Virus record (IMG/VR): IMGVR_UViG_3300005804_000105 | Span: 1-44,125 of that record | From: a virus | Taxonomy: Duplodnaviria; Caudoviricetes | DNA length: 44,125 nucleotides | Reading direction: 5' to 3' (one strand) | Shown here: piece by piece, positions 8,344 through 17,746 of the stretch | How the letters are laid out: every line of letters begins with the position of its first letter | Numbering within the stretch: position 1 is the stretch's first letter | The notes under the pieces: model-generated | Databases searched by the model: none | The model's input: the letters and a program-made list of their open reading frames with translations, nothing else | Told to the model about the DNA's origin: nothing | Made by a program: the position numbers and the translations under genes

Positions 8344-10335
8344 TTACAAATTGAGCAGCAGACGCCCTTCTTGGCGGGACAGTTTATTGATGCTGTCGAT
8401 GACGACTCTGCCCAGCTCCGCGGAGCCAACCTGAAGGACGATACTGACCGGTCGATCGTCGATGATTCTCTCAGATCTAGAGTCCATTTTACTCAGCCTA
8501 TCCAGTGGCACAATGGCTTCCGGTCCGGCTTCACCAACGAGGGCTATGGTCGGTTTTTCGACGATGCCGCCCGTGGCATAGGCAGGTACTCTGATAGTCA
8601 CCGCACCGCCGCTGCTGCCGCTGAAGAAGTCGGTGATGCGGTCCTTGATGCGCGTGATGCCCTGACGCACCTTGTCAATGGCGCTGGTCATAAAGTCCCA
8701 CACACGGCCGGGTAGACCCTTTACAATGTCAATGATACTGTCCAGAATCGCCCCACCAAAACCACTTCCTGCATCTCGGGCGCTTGCATAGGCGTCTTTG
8801 ATTTTGCTAAACACCACTATTAACCACTCAATAACTTTACCTGGAAGGGTTGAGATCATGTTGATGATATTCTTCACGACCTCGCTTCCGATGAAAGCCG
8901 CCTTCATAACCAACTCAAGACCCCAGTTAGAAATCCTGGTAAAGGCCTCAGACAAATGAGTACTAATCTTTCCAGGCAGTTCAGAGAAAAACATGCGAAT
9001 ACCTTCTAGAGCAGTACTTACTGCCTCTTTTGCTTTAGTGATTGCCAGGCTGATTTCATCCCTGAATAGGAAAAACGCCGCAGTTAATGCGACAATGGCC
9101 AGGATTACGAGACCCACCGGACTTAGTATCATCCCTATCAGCGGAATCACTGCCGCAATACCGGTGGCGATGCTTCCAATGATCATGAGCAGCGGTCCAA
9201 GTGCAGCTGCAAGAGCAAGTACAATCAAGATGACGCTTTGAGTTTTTGGACTAAAATCTGTAAACCACTCAATCATCCGCTGCACTGCACTGATGATGCC
9301 CTCGATGGCCGGCATGGCTTGGTTCAGTGCTGAAAGCAGGGTGGTTCCAAGAGGTTCAATAGCCGTTAGGAGTTTGTTTTTCATGGTGGCGAGATTTTCT
9401 GAAAAGCCTGCGGTTGCAGAAGTCGCGCCACTAATGGTTTCAGTAGAGGTCTTAAGGGTCTTTAGCATCTCCTCTAAATCAAAGCGCCCTTCACGTATGG
9501 CTGCAGCCATATCGGGACCGACTCGGGCACCAAAGGCCTCAAGGGCAATGGCATTGGCTTCACCGGTGGACCCGGCTTCCTTGATGCGCTTTGTGATTTC
9601 AATGAGACCTCTCGTCGTATCAGTGATACCTTCTCTGGCCATCTTGCCTAGAGCCACGCGAAGACCGCCAAGGACGAGCTCCGTATTGACCCCTTCTTTT
9701 TCAAACTTACCAATCAGCGCGGCTGCAGTTTCAAAGTCAAATCCCATTTGTCTTAAGGGTGCACCAAACTGGACCAGCTTATCTGACAAGGTGTCGATGC
9801 CGATGCCGGTGGTCTGGCTAACCTTAAAGAGGTAATCCATGATACCGGAGGAGTCCTCTGCACTGACATTCCAGTCCCCGAAGAGCCGGGTAGCGGTTTG
9901 AATGGTGCTGGATAGATCGACACCGGTGATCCTGGAGAGGTTTAGAAACTGAGTCGCCATTTCCTGAAGAACAGGTCCGGTGGCCCCCGTTCTGGTGTTC
10001 AGATCGGCGATGGCAGTGGACACCGCGTCCATGTCGCTCGGGACATTTGAAAAGACCGTTTTAAAGTCGGATTCAAGTGCTGTTAGCGCATCACCCGTCG
10101 CACCGGTGCCAACGCGGATCTTGTCAAAGGCATCGTCAAAGTCGAGTCCAACTTTACCCGCTGCGACAGCGATTCCAGCTAAAGGTACAGTGATGGACTT
10201 GGTGAGTGAACTGCCAGCGGTCGTCATGGTTTTGCCGAAGGTGCTCAGCTGTTTCTGCGTTGCCTTCAGTCCCTTTTCAAATTCAGTCAGGTCTGCGCCA
10301 ATACGAACAACTAAAGACCGGATGACATTACTCAT
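8344..10335 (-). CDS. Tail tape measure protein
   Basis: SLVVRIGADLTEFEKGL N-terminus, helical Ala-rich body, hydrophobic segment, YATGGIV..PT..GEAGPEAIVPL. Confidence 0.92.
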   Translation of the reverse strand: MSNVIRSLVVRIGADLTEFEKGLKATQKQLSTFGKTMTTAGSSLTKSITVPLAGIAVAAGKVGLDFDDAFDKIRVGTGATGDALTALESDFKTVFSNVPSDMDAVSTAIADLNTRTGATGPVLQEMATQFLNLSRITGVDLSSTIQTATRLFGDWNVSAEDSSGIMDYLFKVSQTTGIGIDTLSDKLVQFGAPLRQMGFDFETAAALIGKFEKEGVNTELVLGGLRVALGKMAREGITDTTRGLIEITKRIKEAGSTGEANAIALEAFGARVGPDMAAAIREGRFDLEEMLKTLKTSTETISGATSATAGFSENLATMKNKLLTAIEPLGTTLLSALNQAMPAIEGIISAVQRMIEWFTDFSPKTQSVILIVLALAAALGPLLMIIGSIATGIAAVIPLIGMILSPVGLVILAIVALTAAFFLFRDEISLAITKAKEAVSTALEGIRMFFSELPGKISTHLSEAFTRISNWGLELVMKAAFIGSEVVKNIINMISTLPGKVIEWLIVVFSKIKDAYASARDAGSGFGGAILDSIIDIVKGLPGRVWDFMTSAIDKVRQGITRIKDRITDFFSGSSGGAVTIRVPAYATGGIVEKPTIALVGEAGPEAIVPLDRLSKMDSRSERIIDDRPVSIVLQVGSAELGRVVIDSINKLSRQEGRLLLNL

Positions 10336-10337
10336 AG

Positions 10338-10790
10338 CTAATCCCCCCAGTCCTCTAGACTCTCATTGATGGCATCAGCGACATTTTTTTCTACAGTCCC
10401 CCGGTTTTCATCCGCCGCAGGTCTGAGGAACGGATGCGGCGCTGCTTCACCTACGACTCTTCCGTTTCTGACGACTTTGTGGCCAAGCTCCACCGGCACC
10501 CCATAAGCCGCACCGGGGCTAAAACTCACCGAAGCGGTTACTTTAAGTTTGTTTTTTCGACCTTTAGCTGGAGCTTTAGCCTTAATCTTATTTTTAAGGT
10601 TGCCTGGAGCATGTGCCCATTTGCCAGACTTTCGCCCAGTCGGACCAGGGGCAAGGGCGACGGCCCGGGTCTTGATGATCTCAGCGGACTCCGTAGATGC
10701 ATCTTCCACGCCCTTAATGGCATCCGCGCCTAACTTTTCAAATGCCTTCATGAGCGCATCAAGGCCTTCCACATCTTTGATTCGTATCAT
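10338..10790 (-). CDS. HK97 gp10-like tail completion protein
   Basis: VEGLDAL, AP..GNLK..I, VELGH, PHPFLRPA. Confidence 0.85.
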   Translation of the reverse strand: MIRIKDVEGLDALMKAFEKLGADAIKGVEDASTESAEIIKTRAVALAPGPTGRKSGKWAHAPGNLKNKIKAKAPAKGRKNKLKVTASVSFSPGAAYGVPVELGHKVVRNGRVVGEAAPHPFLRPAADENRGTVEKNVADAINESLEDWGD

Positions 10791-10796
10791 TCTCCC

Positions 10797-11132
10797 TCAC
10801 CCCCTGGCCTTTAGTTGTTTGTCAAAGTCCTTGATAATTTCTAACATATCTTCTGGTGATTGTTCTTTTGTAGCCTGATTTGGTTCAGGTGGCAAGAGTT
10901 CCTCAAGATCCGGGAAATCCTTTACCCGTCCAAGTTTTGCGGTGATATATGCCCCGTAGATGATGCGTCTATAGGTGTCGTTTTTCCGCAGTGCGACCCC
11001 TTCTGAGTAAGACGATAGTTCAAGGGGTGTCATCTCCCAAAACTCCGCTGGCTTCAGACCAAGCCGCGCCGCTTGTCTAAGGAGTTCTGTAAAGTCCCAC
11101 TCCTCAGGTGCAGCGCCGTTTAGACGTTTTTT
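10797..11132 (-). CDS. Tail assembly chaperone C-terminal extension (gpT-like), probably made by -1 frameshift
   Basis: The -1 frame is open from the slippery site through LGLKPAEFWEMTPLEL to the stop at 10797. Confidence 0.8.
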   Translation of the reverse strand, partial: KKRLNGAAPEEWDFTELLRQAARLGLKPAEFWEMTPLELSSYSEGVALRKNDTYRRIIYGAYITAKLGRVKDFPDLEELLPPEPNQATKEQSPEDMLEIIKDFDKQLKARG

Positions 11133-11419
11133 TCCGGTGTTCCTGTGCTCGCTTCGATCGCCTGACTCAGCTTTTCTGAAATCTCAGGAATGCTGGAATA
11201 CTCATCGACCAGATCCATGACTGAATCAATGGTGAGGGATGCATCCTCATGCACCAGTCCCGCCCAGATGAATACCGCAAGGTCATTGATGCCGATATCA
11301 CTGAGATTGAGCTTTGAAATTTTCACGCCGAGTGCCGTTTCGATCAGGCTCATGGCCTTCATGCCAAAGCGCAGATTTCTCGTCTTATCGAGCTGTAGTG
11401 GAACTGAAAAGTGTGCCAT
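11120..11419 (-). CDS. Tail assembly chaperone (gpG-like)
   Basis: Follows major tail protein; LDKTRNLRFG..WAGL.HED; ends PEKNV at slippery site. Confidence 0.85.
   Translation of the reverse strand: MAHFSVPLQLDKTRNLRFGMKAMSLIETALGVKISKLNLSDIGINDLAVFIWAGLVHEDASLTIDSVMDLVDEYSSIPEISEKLSQAIEASTGTPEKNV
11126..11132 (-). other. -1 programmed ribosomal frameshift site A AAA AAC
   Basis: Minus strand CCG GAA AAA AAC GTC TAA; X XXY YYZ pattern in the correct phase. Confidence 0.8.
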
Positions 11420-11436
11420 AGAAATCTCCTTTCGAA

Positions 11437-12147
11437 TTAAGTCGTTCTTGTTGCGATCACCGTATAGGTCTTTGGCGACTTGCCCACTTCATAGACGATG
11501 ATGTCCAGGCGCTTTGAAGTCTGAGGCGAGTCAAAGCCGCTAATGGCGTTTGAGGCTAACGCGCTGGTCAGGGTCTGGAAGAACACCCCATCCACATAAA
11601 GGTCGATGGTATGGCTGGCAGCTGTGACGGTAACGGTGGTGGAGGTTGTGGTGGTCCAGGTCGAATAGTAGTTGAACTTGCCAGTGGCAAAGGTCGGCGC
11701 AATGGCACCTCCCGATAGGGTCAGCGCTGTAATGCCTGCTGATGCAACAAGGCCAAGGGTGGCAGCGCCAGTGACGCGAAGGACAATATTAGCTTCCAGG
11801 ACGTCGTTGCCAATTTCAGGACCTGGAGCTTCCATAACCAGGGCATAAAAGGTGTAGGTCGCCCCAAGAGCGGATGGAAAGGTGATGGTGTAAAGGTCTG
11901 TGGTTTGGTTCGTAAAGGCCGTTCGAATGGCGGCCTGTCCTGCATCTCCCGGATAGAAGTTGACTGTGACAGTGACACTGCCATAGTCCATGAGGCCAAG
12001 GATGAATTCTTTTGCGGTAGAAGATAGTGTCGTCACATCGATTTCATCTTTCTTTGAGTTAATTGGCGAGATTTTCTTAACTTCCCCGATGGTGGTTGCC
12101 CCGATTTTCAGGGTGGTGCTGTTACCAAGTTTTGCTTGAGAGCCCAT
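11437..12147 (-). CDS. Major tail (tube) protein with C-terminal Ig/cadherin-like extension
   Basis: DEIDVTTLSS..KEFI.GL.DYG tube motif; ~100 aa C-terminal beta domain ending KTYTVIATR. Confidence 0.87.
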   Translation of the reverse strand: MGSQAKLGNSTTLKIGATTIGEVKKISPINSKKDEIDVTTLSSTAKEFILGLMDYGSVTVTVNFYPGDAGQAAIRTAFTNQTTDLYTITFPSALGATYTFYALVMEAPGPEIGNDVLEANIVLRVTGAATLGLVASAGITALTLSGGAIAPTFATGKFNYYSTWTTTTSTTVTVTAASHTIDLYVDGVFFQTLTSALASNAISGFDSPQTSKRLDIIVYEVGKSPKTYTVIATRTT

Positions 12148-12165
12148 GCCTGGATACCCCTTTCT

Positions 12166-12588
12166 TTAATTGAAAAAGAACTCTATTTCGATGACCCCTG
12201 TGGCAGAGTTAGTGCCAATATCAAAGCCGTCAAATTCATTGATGATATCGGCGCGCTGGATGTGAGGCGCACTGGGGGTGTATTCTCCTATGATGTCTTC
12301 AAAAGCGATGCGAACGGCATCACGGAGGGCTCGCATTTCAGGGTAGGTTCTTGAGTAAATATCAAACTGAATCGCGACTTCACGGCTGCCCTGATGGGCA
12401 AGTGTCGGAGATCTCATGGTGCTGATCCGCTTATACACCACGTAGGGCAGCGCTACATTTTGAGGTGCATTTACCGGGTAGATCCGGCCGGATAAGTTTG
12501 GAATCAGGTTTGATAGCCTTTGAAAGATGGCTTCTTCAATCGTCACCCTACACCACCTCACGACATCCGAGGACCATTTCACCCTCAA
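12166..12588 (-). CDS. Tail terminator (DUF3168-like)
   Basis: GRIYP..AP....LPYVVY..IS, QFDIY. True start probably near 12546. Confidence 0.8.
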   Translation of the reverse strand: MRVKWSSDVVRWCRVTIEEAIFQRLSNLIPNLSGRIYPVNAPQNVALPYVVYKRISTMRSPTLAHQGSREVAIQFDIYSRTYPEMRALRDAVRIAFEDIIGEYTPSAPHIQRADIINEFDGFDIGTNSATGVIEIEFFFN

Positions 12589-12880
12589 ACTTCTTTTCGT
12601 CGTTCACAAAGAGAATGTCGTAGTAGCGGTTTCCTGCCCGGACGCGCATAGTGGGATCAATGTCATGCCGGTACCAAAGTTTAAAGGCGGCATTAATCTC
12701 AGCATTAACTTTTTGCGCCGCATAGAACTCCCGCCCTGACTTAATCAGATATTCCGCCCAGACGGTGAATGTATCCTGCCACTCGAGGATTTCAGAACCG
12801 TCCAGTGCTCTCTCAGTATCAGGCGGCTCGCGTCGACGTTGAAATGTAATTCTCTTTTTTAAATCGCCTGCATTAATCAA
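12548..12880 (-). CDS. Head closure / head-tail adaptor protein
   Basis: NAGDLKKRITFQ, TVWA, SGREFYAA, MRV...YDI. Confidence 0.9.
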   Translation of the reverse strand: MINAGDLKKRITFQRRREPPDTERALDGSEILEWQDTFTVWAEYLIKSGREFYAAQKVNAEINAAFKLWYRHDIDPTMRVRAGNRYYDILFVNDEKKFEGEMVLGCREVV

Positions 12881-12894
12881 TGACTTTCACCTCT

Positions 12895-13467
12895 TTAAAA
12901 CCAAGTGATTCGGTACATATCATATAGTCTTCTGACAGTAATCAGTGCCCCTGGTGGTATCTCAGCATCACGATACTTATACAAAAGACCGACGTGTAAT
13001 AACAGGCCGGCCTTTAAGGTGTATGGAATTAGACTCGTGGTGCAGTTGTAACCGGACTCATACCGGATCCGAATGGGACTGACCGGATAGAGCGACTCCC
13101 CTGGCCATGATTTGTTAGGCGGCAGGACAATGCGCCCTGGAGATAGGTCATCATCGACAATGAAGTCAGCCCCTTCAGTGAGACTGGTTTCAAGGCCATC
13201 GATCGTTTTATAAATCACTGAAACTACCGACTGAAGGGGTGGCCTAGGTAGAAATATGGAGGTGCCTGATGGAAAATCGTCAAGGACAAGTTCCAGGGTC
13301 TGACTTGCCAGTGCCCTTCCGGTGTACCCTTCGGCATAGTCACGTGCGGCAAAGATCAGATCAGCCAGATAATCGTCCTCATCTGCGGTATCGATTCTGA
13401 GCTGGTCTTTTACATCGTCAATACTGATGGGTTCCTGACCCACCTGTGTTATGATTTTGAGTGCCAT
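12895..13467 (-). CDS. Head-tail connector protein (gp6-like, long form)
   Basis: EPISIDDVKDQLRID..DEDDYL..LI.AAR..AE.YTGR, LPRPPLQSV.SV.Y. Confidence 0.88.
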   Translation of the reverse strand: MALKIITQVGQEPISIDDVKDQLRIDTADEDDYLADLIFAARDYAEGYTGRALASQTLELVLDDFPSGTSIFLPRPPLQSVVSVIYKTIDGLETSLTEGADFIVDDDLSPGRIVLPPNKSWPGESLYPVSPIRIRYESGYNCTTSLIPYTLKAGLLLHVGLLYKYRDAEIPPGALITVRRLYDMYRITWF

Positions 13468-16263
13468 TTAAACCCACCGCCTTTTTATGGTTGATCGGGC
13501 TAAAATCACGGATCCTTCCAGCGTCCCTGAAAACTCATACACCACTGGGTCCGACACGCAGTCAGGAATCGTAAAGTCATAGGTATAAATCCCTGTAGCC
13601 TGGTGGACCGGAGCTGCTGTAACCAGGACGTTTTTCTTGCCGTCGTAGATGGTGATGGTTTCCCCTGAAACATCTGCCAGCGCACCACTGAAGTCGTGGA
13701 AATGGCCTATGAGTCTAATGGTGTCGCCAATATAGGCCATGATGTTTACCCCCTCAATTTCCAGAATGAGTTTACGCTCTAACGTTTCAAGATCATGACT
13801 TCTTTCTTTTATGCTGAGATGAGCGCGCGTCTTTCGTCCTATACTAAGCGCGTTTACTGCAGAAGCAATGAACTTTATAAAGTTTCGGACTCTGGAGAGT
13901 GAACCCGTCAGGAATGCGCTGGTCGTGAGCGCCAAGAAGTACAGGTTTGCACGCATCCAGATACCTGTAGCAATCAGGTCTCGAACGACAGTTTTAAAGT
14001 TTTTCTTTGTCACCAATCCTGCAGCGCTTAAAACCGAGAGAAGTGCTTTACTAAAAGCGTTTGCTTTATCGATCAAACGGATTAAATGAATAGAAGTGTT
14101 AAAGTATCTAAAGGCTTGTTTGATGGAAGTTGCGTTAATGTTGATGAAGCTGGAAAACATCCTGGAAGTATCTTTAGTCCTGAATCCAATCACTCTAGCG
14201 GTCCTGAATAAAGACACCATAGCCCGTTTTGAAATCAAATGCATCGCGGACAATCTGTCTGCGAAGAACTTTGTCGTTCGCTTTCTGGCTATTGCGGTTT
14301 GATTAAGTCCTACGCCCGCCATTTTTGAGATGTTACGTTTTATCGAAGTCGATGGCCTAGCGAAAGCACTTACTATTTTATAAGCGATTTTTGTTCGAAG
14401 TGCTGATGCATGGGTTGAGATCTGATCTGATAACCGATTGATCATCATCTTAGAATTGAACGTCTGAATCTTAATCGATGTTATGACTGTTCTTGATGTC
14501 CTCTCAAGGATTTGAATGAAGTGATTAACAGTTGAATTCAAGTTTTTATCCGTAAACTTCAAAAATGAAGCAGAGTTTCTTACGATGTTTGATACGGTTT
14601 TGAGATAGACCTTGATCCGTTCGATGACACCTGAAGCTGTAATGCTGTTTGATAAGGTCTGAATGGAGTGTTTTAATAAAGTGCCACTTGCTTGAGCGCT
14701 CCGGCTCAGGATTCGAACAATATGTGCTAAGACTGAACCACTTACCTTGATAGGTTCTGTAAGCAACCTGCTAATGTGCCGAAGATCTGAAGCGGACGCC
14801 TTTGCTGTCGAAATTATGATCTTTGAAAGACTATTTAGACGAAGCGCTGTCACAGAGGCAGATAAAGTTTTGGCTAGACCTTTAATCGCTCTTTTCATAA
14901 CGAAGGGGCTCATTCTTGTTGTTTTAATAAGGACCTGAGTGCTTCGTTTGACTGTGGTGGCACTCGCCTTGGCAAAATCTATGAAGACCCTGGACGCCAA
15001 TCGTCTTGAAAGTCCAGCTACCTTGACGATTTCAGTCAGTGATTTATTCACCGGTTTTTGAATAGTGGTCGTTAGTCGTATGCCCACTTGCCTGGCCACA
15101 CCCATAAAGTGGCGTATCGAAGCAGATGAGTTCAAGTTACTCTTTTTCACAGGTTTCACTTGTTTAACCTGAGCTCCGGTAATCCGAACACCGGCTGCTG
15201 AAGTCTTCGAAATAGTCTTATCAAATTCAAGAGAAATGAAGATGCCAGAAGTTACCCCTTTTAAATGCTGAGTGCTGGCGCTAAAAAGGATGCACTGCTC
15301 ATTACTCCACTCAGACTCCAGGCCAAAACGGATCCTTTTGATGCGGTAGCAGTACAGCACATCGCCAATCAAGTTTTCACAGTCTGTAAATTCCGTTGTA
15401 CTCTTTGTGATGCGAGCTCTGTCCACATATGCCCCAGCGCCATCTTTACGCTGTAAAATATAGCCGTCAAATTGGGATAAACTTGCACCCACAGAACCGG
15501 AGAGTGCAGAAAATACTCGGTTTATCTGATGGATGGTATAGGCTGCACTTTTTACAATATCCGCAAGGAACTTAGTCACCGGTTTTCGAAGTGAAGCAGT
15601 TAAGAGCGCAGCACCTGCCAGTGCTTTTTCGACAAAGAGGGGTTCTATAAAGGTGATTCGAATCAGCCCCGGAGCACCTGGTGCGCCTAGAATACTGCCG
15701 GATCGTCTGGACCCGCCTGCACCGCCGCCGTAAAGGCCGCCAGTGCCCCCAACACCAGTGCCGTTTGAACCATCGCCACCCGCGCCGCCATATTCACTTA
15801 CGCCAGTACCACCTGTGGCACCAGTTGCTGCATTGCCATTACCACTTGACCCAGCCGCAGATCCGCCACCACCGCCGATGGTCGTAGAGACTTTGTTTGC
15901 ACCGTTTCCGCCGCTATACTTGATGGCACCGACACCACTGGATGCCTGCCCGCCAGTGCCGCCGGTATCTGAAGTACAACCGCTTCCACCTTTAGCCAGT
16001 AACGTACTGGTGTTGACCCAGTAACTGTCACCACCTCCAGAGCCATCTGTTCCACCAGCTGCGCCCACCACATAGCCATAGTTACTCCCCGGTGTGACCG
16101 AAAAAGTGCTCTTTGAATAAGCACCTCCGCCACCACCGCCTCTTGCGTTGTTATTGGAAGGCTGGCTGGTACCGCCACCGCCGCCCCAGCACTCGACTTC
16201 AACCGATGTGACACCTGTCGGAGCCTGCCAAGTGCCACTGGTATAAAAAAGCTGAATGGTCAC
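13468..16263 (-). CDS. Large putative virion fibre protein: Gly-rich N-domain, partial FN3, 18/20-aa basic repeats, C-terminal Ig-like domain
   Basis: FYTSGTWQAPTGVTSVEVECWGGGGG Gly-rich domain; DGYILQRK..FTD..Y.YRI..ESEWSN; periodic K/R-hydrophobic-S/T repeats; RBS AAAGGAGG with GTG start. Confidence 0.75.
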   Translation of the reverse strand: MTIQLFYTSGTWQAPTGVTSVEVECWGGGGGTSQPSNNNARGGGGGGAYSKSTFSVTPGSNYGYVVGAAGGTDGSGGGDSYWVNTSTLLAKGGSGCTSDTGGTGGQASSGVGAIKYSGGNGANKVSTTIGGGGGSAAGSSGNGNAATGATGGTGVSEYGGAGGDGSNGTGVGGTGGLYGGGAGGSRRSGSILGAPGAPGLIRITFIEPLFVEKALAGAALLTASLRKPVTKFLADIVKSAAYTIHQINRVFSALSGSVGASLSQFDGYILQRKDGAGAYVDRARITKSTTEFTDCENLIGDVLYCYRIKRIRFGLESEWSNEQCILFSASTQHLKGVTSGIFISLEFDKTISKTSAAGVRITGAQVKQVKPVKKSNLNSSASIRHFMGVARQVGIRLTTTIQKPVNKSLTEIVKVAGLSRRLASRVFIDFAKASATTVKRSTQVLIKTTRMSPFVMKRAIKGLAKTLSASVTALRLNSLSKIIISTAKASASDLRHISRLLTEPIKVSGSVLAHIVRILSRSAQASGTLLKHSIQTLSNSITASGVIERIKVYLKTVSNIVRNSASFLKFTDKNLNSTVNHFIQILERTSRTVITSIKIQTFNSKMMINRLSDQISTHASALRTKIAYKIVSAFARPSTSIKRNISKMAGVGLNQTAIARKRTTKFFADRLSAMHLISKRAMVSLFRTARVIGFRTKDTSRMFSSFININATSIKQAFRYFNTSIHLIRLIDKANAFSKALLSVLSAAGLVTKKNFKTVVRDLIATGIWMRANLYFLALTTSAFLTGSLSRVRNFIKFIASAVNALSIGRKTRAHLSIKERSHDLETLERKLILEIEGVNIMAYIGDTIRLIGHFHDFSGALADVSGETITIYDGKKNVLVTAAPVHQATGIYTYDFTIPDCVSDPVVYEFSGTLEGSVILARSTIKRRWV

Positions 16264-16280
16264 TTAGCGAGACCTCCTTT

Positions 16281-17702
16281 CTAACTCCAGGTGATGTACA
16301 GGCATCCGGTGATGTTCTGGATGGCTTCCAGGACCGGTGAGGGAAGACCAGCGAGAAAGGATCCAGCTACTGTCAGTGATCTGGCTAGTATTTTACTGGT
16401 TCTTTTGGTGAGACTTCTTGTGACTTTGACTCCGGTGCTTAGTGCCTTTTGAATTGCACCAAGGATATACTCCGCACTGAAAATTGTCGAAGTTTTGATG
16501 ATTCTAGTGAAGGTCTTTATCGTTTGTCGTCTGGCCGTTCCCGATGATCTTGCAAGTTCAATCAGCGTTCGGCTAACGTAACGACGCGCTGACCTTGATG
16601 CACTTATTATTTCCGTGAGTCTTTTTCCCATCTGCCGTCGAACAGTGGCTGCAGCGCTCGCAGTTTCTAGTAGTAGTTTGTTTAGAATCCGCATCCTGTT
16701 TACGATCGCCAAGAGTCGTGTGATTTTGAGAAGTTCATTTTTACCAGCCCGTCTTCTGGCAGATCGTGTAGTTCCAATCTGATCAGACAGGTCCTTCGTA
16801 AAAAATGTTTTAGCGAAGACGTCTAAACTTGAGATCGTCGTCCCATAATCGCCGCTTTCTGTGATTTTACTGAGGTCGGACGGACTATATTTAAACACCT
16901 TGTTGGTGATGACCCCAGCGGCATAGATATAACTGCCATCGCCGGTGACGCTCTGGATATTTCCCCCATACGCAGGGCTTGTGGCAACTGTCGATAGATT
17001 TGACGGATCAAGCTTATAAATATACTGGCCGGCAGCCGCGTAAATATAACTCCCGTCTTGATAGAGACTAAAAACGGTGCTGCCTAAATTGGCGCTCTGG
17101 CTCACATAAGTTAGATCTGAGAGGTTGTACTTTCTCACGGTCTGTGTCACTTGCCCGCCGGCATAAAGGTAGGACCCAAAACAGACCGTCCCATAGATGG
17201 TTGACCCATAATTGGGACTGGTAGCGAGAACGCTTAAATCTGACGGGTCGTATTTTAAGACGTTTTGGAAAGTTGCCGTATAGAGGTAAGTGCCATCCGT
17301 TGAATAGGCTCTGGCAACATAAGAAAGCGCCGCAGATTCGCTGACTTTACTCATGTCACTCGTATCATATTTAAAGATTTTTAGGATAAACGGTCCGCAC
17401 ATGTAGTAAAAACCATTTAATAAAAATCCATATTTGGTTTGGAAAGCGCCATAGGCTAAGGTGGAAGCGACGACAGCCATATCGGAAATTCTAATTTTTT
17501 TCGCCGATTGTGTCCCAGTAGATGAATCTGCACCGGTAATATAGAGATGGGTTTCGTCATTATGAATAGACGTGATGGCACCATCGGTCGTCGTTCCATA
17601 ATTGGGGCTTTCACCGAGTTTTGTCAGCGAAGCGTCGTATTTAAAAACCTTATTGTTGGAGTAGCCGCCGCCACCAAAGATATAAACCGGCATGAACATC
17701 AT
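16281..17702 (-). CDS. Putative virion adhesin: beta-propeller (~7 blades of ~40 aa) plus 18/20-aa basic repeats
   Basis: Repeating YG.TI.S...DGSYIYAAG....V.KY..SDLS....S units; C-terminal repeats like those of 13468-16263. Confidence 0.75.
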   Translation of the reverse strand: MMFMPVYIFGGGGYSNNKVFKYDASLTKLGESPNYGTTTDGAITSIHNDETHLYITGADSSTGTQSAKKIRISDMAVVASTLAYGAFQTKYGFLLNGFYYMCGPFILKIFKYDTSDMSKVSESAALSYVARAYSTDGTYLYTATFQNVLKYDPSDLSVLATSPNYGSTIYGTVCFGSYLYAGGQVTQTVRKYNLSDLTYVSQSANLGSTVFSLYQDGSYIYAAAGQYIYKLDPSNLSTVATSPAYGGNIQSVTGDGSYIYAAGVITNKVFKYSPSDLSKITESGDYGTTISSLDVFAKTFFTKDLSDQIGTTRSARRRAGKNELLKITRLLAIVNRMRILNKLLLETASAAATVRRQMGKRLTEIISASRSARRYVSRTLIELARSSGTARRQTIKTFTRIIKTSTIFSAEYILGAIQKALSTGVKVTRSLTKRTSKILARSLTVAGSFLAGLPSPVLEAIQNITGCLYITWS

Positions 17703-17706
17703 CCCC

Positions 17707-17738
17707 TAAAAAAGGTAAGAGGCGGATAACCCGCCCCC
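17707..17738 (-). terminator. Hairpin / weak terminator between the 127-aa gene and the propeller gene
   Basis: Minus strand GGCGG-GTTAT-CCGCC then TCTTACCTTTTTT. Confidence 0.45.
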
Positions 17739-17746
17739 AGTGTAGG

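Noticed and set aside
15640-16200. GCC/ACC-rich stretch as a DNA tandem repeat, or the Pro-rich plus-strand ORF
   Set aside because: Explained by glycine codons of the minus-strand gene
15460-16300. DNA inversion or deletion switch joining the two FN3 halves
   Set aside because: No direct or inverted repeats at the two junctions, and the downstream gene has its own strong RBS
5271-17702. Diversity-generating retroelement targeting the fibre genes
   Set aside because: No reverse transcriptase and no TR/VR pair noticed
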